From contig CBDEGZ010000003.1 of assembly GCA_965238175.1 (NCBI GenBank), forward strand, positions 96,001 through 160,000: DNA of 64,000 nt, in the 5' to 3' direction. The stretch's first letter is position 1. Every line of letters begins with the position of its first letter. Of the stretch, positions 60,748-64,000 are shown one piece after another. The DNA comes from Gammaproteobacteria bacterium. GTDB lineage: Bacteria; Pseudomonadota; Gammaproteobacteria; CAJXQU01. The position numbers were made by a program, and so were the translations under genes. The notes under the pieces are model-generated. The model ran no database searches. It was not told the DNA's origin and saw only the letters and a list, made by a program, of their open reading frames with translations.

Positions 60748-61773
60748 CTACTCGCTCACCTGGTTACGACCACCATGTTTAGCTCTATAGAGAGCCTTAT
60801 CCGCAAAACCAATTAAACTTTCCTGATCATCATTAGTTTGCAATTCTGCAATACCTAACGAGAGCGTCAAGGGTGGTAACAGCTCTCCTTCAACTGCAAA
60901 TAGGTCAGTCTCCTCAACAGCCGCACGCAGACGCTCAGCAACTTGAGCTGCCTCTTGTATATCTGAACCGGGTAGCACGGCGAGGAATTCTTCCCCTCCA
61001 TAACGTGTGATCGTATCTTCAGGCCTCAAATGTTCGGTCAGTGACTGTGCAATAGAATTCAAGGCCCGATCACCAGCTAAATGTCCGTATGTATCATTAA
61101 AATTTTTAAAATGATCGATATCCATCATAATCATTGAAAGTGGTCTCCCATCTTCTTCGCTCTGACAACGATGAACAAGCCGTTCTAACATTTTGTTCAA
61201 CCAACGTCGATTATAAAACCCCGTCAGTGGATCAACGGTTGCATCATACTCAAACTCCTTCAACAAGTTCTGGATTTTATGCATCACAGAATTGCCAAAC
61301 CGTAAACGAAATGCCAAAGTACGTAGCAGGTTTTGAGAGGCAGCATGAGAGGTATCAACAATTTTCCAAAGCGTATCCTCATCTACTCTAAGTACACGCG
61401 TGTCTTGAGCCGCTATCACATATCCAGAAGTCGGCTGTTGATCAAGAATCGAAATCTCACCAACGCTTTCACCTTCGGCAAGAATAGTAATCGGTTGATC
61501 ATCTTCTTCTTGTAAAAATATTTTCAATGCACCTGTAAGCACTAGATACATGAAATCTTCAGCTTGACCGGCTTTGACCAAGGTCTCGCCTTGTGAGAGG
61601 GATAAAATGGAGCAATTTTCTAGTAGTGGCGAGATTGAGGAAAGATTAACACCATGAAAGAGTTTAATTCTAGATAGCTGTTCTTCAGTTGGCTTATTGC
61701 TACTTTGATTGATTAGCTCAGAGTCCATCTTCAAACTGTGTTCCATTTTAGTTCTTCCCGAATACCGTAGCAC
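60748..61773 (-). CDS. Diguanylate cyclase with N-terminal cNMP-binding domain
   Basis: GESVGEIS cNMP fold; DPLTG, DIDHFK, RPED I-site, RYGGEEF; start uncertain. Confidence 0.9.
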   Translation of the reverse strand: MLRYSGRTKMEHSLKMDSELINQSSNKPTEEQLSRIKLFHGVNLSSISPLLENCSILSLSQGETLVKAGQAEDFMYLVLTGALKIFLQEEDDQPITILAEGESVGEISILDQQPTSGYVIAAQDTRVLRVDEDTLWKIVDTSHAASQNLLRTLAFRLRFGNSVMHKIQNLLKEFEYDATVDPLTGFYNRRWLNKMLERLVHRCQSEEDGRPLSMIMMDIDHFKNFNDTYGHLAGDRALNSIAQSLTEHLRPEDTITRYGGEEFLAVLPGSDIQEAAQVAERLRAAVEETDLFAVEGELLPPLTLSLGIAELQTNDDQESLIGFADKALYRAKHGGRNQVSE

Positions 61774-61911
61774 GATTCATATCTATATTAGGTTGATTTT
61801 TTCACCTCGTTCTCCCAAATGTTAGCACGGTCAAGTTATTGACACAAAAACTTTTATTTGCTTATGCCTGTCAGTGAACTATTCCTTGATTGTATCGAAG
61901 TCAGAGAAGAA

Positions 61912-62043
61912 CTAGCTACGTTCTTTATCGCAATTACAACTTCCGGATAATTTACCCTGTCGAAATTTGTTTATTTGACTAACAATGAATTTACCGACAA
62001 CAGCTACGACGATGAGCAGAGCTAGAACTGTTTGAAGATCCAT
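61912..62043 (-). CDS. FeoB-associated small Cys-containing membrane protein
   Basis: 43 aa, single TM then GSCNC; immediately after feoB. Confidence 0.65.
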   Translation of the reverse strand: MDLQTVLALLIVVAVVGKFIVSQINKFRQGKLSGSCNCDKERS

Positions 62044-62048
62044 CTTAA

Positions 62049-64000
62049 TCAGGATCCCAGTTGAAAAATTAATAATGCACCGAAATAACCAATACTGGTC
62101 ATGTAAAACCAGGACATAATCGGATAACTCCATGTGCCTGTTTCGCGTCTAATCGTTGCAACTGTAGCAACACACTGTAAACAGAAAGCATAAAAAATCA
62201 TTAAACCAACCGCCATTGGAGTTGTAAAAACTATACTTCCATCAGGCCAGATAGAGGATTTTATTCGGTTGATCAAACTTGTATCTTCCTCATCAACATC
62301 ACCACCCACGGCATAAATTGTGCCTAAAACGGCTATCACGACTTCTCTTGCTGGGAAAGATGCAACAACTGCGGCGGAGACTTTCCAGTCCCAACCTAAA
62401 GGTTGAAAAGCTGGCACGATAAATTTACCTATACGTCCCAGGTAACTTTGTTCAAGATACGCTGCCGCTTCTTGATTATTTAGATCTGAAATGCGGGCCA
62501 TTTCTTGCTGCTCATCTTCTAACGGATTGATAAGTCGCTGGGCCTCAAATTGTTGGTGAACCGATTCTGGATGTGGAAAATATGCCAGCGCCCAGATCAA
62601 TACTGCCACAGTGAAAATTATCGTCCCTGCTCGTCTTAAAAATATCTTGCCGCGTTCCCATAGTTTGATCAAAACAGACGTAAAACTTGGCCATCGATAA
62701 GGAGGCATTTCCATTAAAAAGGTAGGCGCAGGTCCCCGTAACAAGGTTCTTTTAAGCAGCAAAGCGGTAATAACACCGCCCAGAATTCCAAGCAAATATA
62801 AACCAAGTAATACTAATCCCTGGAGATTGATCAGTCCTCCAAGCCAGACTTGCTTTGGTACAAATGCCGCGATTAACAATGCATAAACCGGTAATCGCGC
62901 AGAACAAGTCATAAAGGGCGCGGCCATCATCGTAGCGAGACGATCGCGTTTATCCGATATTGTCCTTGTCGCCATTACACCAGGTACTGCACAGGCGAAA
63001 CTTGATAACATTGGAATAAATGATCGCCCCGAAAGACCCGCGCTGCGCATCACACGATCGGCCATAAATGCAGCCCTTGCCATATAACCGCTATCTTCTA
63101 AAAAAATGATGAAAGCAAAAAGGATCAAAATCTGAGGTAGAAAAATGATCACACTTCCAACGCCTGCGATAATGCCATCAACCAACAAACTTCGAAGCGC
63201 ACCTTCAGGTAAATGAGATTCTAACCAACCACCAAGACCGGCTGTTGTAGCATCCATAAAATCCATCAGTGGGGCTGCCCATGCAAAAACAGATTGAAAA
63301 ACCACCGCCATCAATAGCAAAAATAAAATACTACCCATAATTGGATGACTAACTATTTGATCTATACGTTCTGTCGTACTTTTTTTATTTATTTCAGTAC
63401 TAGTTTTATCAATAGTTTCAACTTCTTCAAGCAGCGTATTGATCCATCCATATCGTGTACGTGCATCTTGCGTCGCCAGGCTTGGTCCATGAGCTAATGA
63501 AGATCGAACCTCTTTAATTTGATCCAGCACTTCTGTTCCAAACTGATCGAAAATTCTCTTTTCTGCATGGCCTTCTTGATCAATCAATGCACGCTCAACT
63601 TCATACATAGAAAGATCAAAACCCTGTACTTTAAACTTCTCTGTTAGCCTTAAGGCATTTTGACGAATTTCTGGTAAGAGATTAAGTGTAGGAATTGTTC
63701 TTACCTTCATAACATTTAATAATGCTTGTTTTAATGCATCTATTCCCTCTCCCGATGTCGCGACTATTGACAAAACTGGAACTTGGAGCTTCTCGCTCAA
63801 TGCGTCAACATCGATATGAATCCCATTCTCATGGGCAAGATCAATCATATTAAGCGCTAAAACGGCAGGTAAGCTTAACTCTAGAAGTTGACTGACAAGA
63901 TAAAGATTCCGTCGCAGGTTAGATGCGTCGGTGATTATTAAGATCATATCTGGCGATCCAACTTCAGCCACTTCACCACGTAGAACATCTAAAACCACCA
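62049..64000 (-). CDS. feoB: Ferrous iron transporter FeoB (5' end outside window)
   Basis: DASNLRRNLYL, LNMID, EDSGYMARAAF, PFMTCSARLP, FLMEMPPY, AREV. Confidence 0.95.
   Translation of the reverse strand, partial: VVLDVLRGEVAEVGSPDMILIITDASNLRRNLYLVSQLLELSLPAVLALNMIDLAHENGIHIDVDALSEKLQVPVLSIVATSGEGIDALKQALLNVMKVRTIPTLNLLPEIRQNALRLTEKFKVQGFDLSMYEVERALIDQEGHAEKRIFDQFGTEVLDQIKEVRSSLAHGPSLATQDARTRYGWINTLLEEVETIDKTSTEINKKSTTERIDQIVSHPIMGSILFLLLMAVVFQSVFAWAAPLMDFMDATTAGLGGWLESHLPEGALRSLLVDGIIAGVGSVIIFLPQILILFAFIIFLEDSGYMARAAFMADRVMRSAGLSGRSFIPMLSSFACAVPGVMATRTISDKRDRLATMMAAPFMTCSARLPVYALLIAAFVPKQVWLGGLINLQGLVLLGLYLLGILGGVITALLLKRTLLRGPAPTFLMEMPPYRWPSFTSVLIKLWERGKIFLRRAGTIIFTVAVLIWALAYFPHPESVHQQFEAQRLINPLEDEQQEMARISDLNNQEAAAYLEQSYLGRIGKFIVPAFQPLGWDWKVSAAVVASFPAREVVIAVLGTIYAVGGDVDEEDTSLINRIKSSIWPDGSIVFTTPMAVGLMIFYAFCLQCVATVATIRRETGTWSYPIMSWFYMTSIGYFGALLIFQLGS

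Noticed and set aside
1-64000. CRISPR array, tRNA, rRNA or prophage genes
   Set aside because: No regularly spaced repeat-spacer array, cloverleaf, rRNA-like or phage structural sequence recognised by eye

Overview
AT-rich gammaproteobacterial-type chromosomal window. The first ~30 kb is a phosphorus-acquisition cluster: phoR (5' end outside the window), a complete C-P lyase operon phnF-D-C-E-G-H-I-J-K-L-M-N-P, DUF47+pit, and two tandem, differently built pstSCAB-phoU operons, with Pho-box arrays visible upstream of four transcription units. The most striking structure lies inside this cluster. Two copies of an IS110-family (IS1111-type) recombinase element have each inserted at the same position inside the terminal inverted repeat of an IS982-family element: one a full IS982 (6-bp TSD TAGTTA), the other a 207-bp IS982-type MITE (TSD TACTTA). 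The ~250-nt non-coding 3' end of the IS1111-type element contains paired stems holding short segments that match both strands of that target (CGAGCTCAGG, TAACCTGA) and of its own circle junction (ACATC, ATATATGA). This reads as a bridge/seekRNA programmed against another transposon's ends, and a sigma70 promoter forms only on circularisation. The rest of the window holds two IS481 copies, IS30/IS982 remnants, an ERIC-like repeat, a frameshifted vapC, a PspA/membrane-protein/regulator module and housekeeping genes (gcvH, uvrD, argS, sfsA, selO, prkB, msbA, feoB). All calls come from reading the sequence by eye; no searches or folding programs were run.
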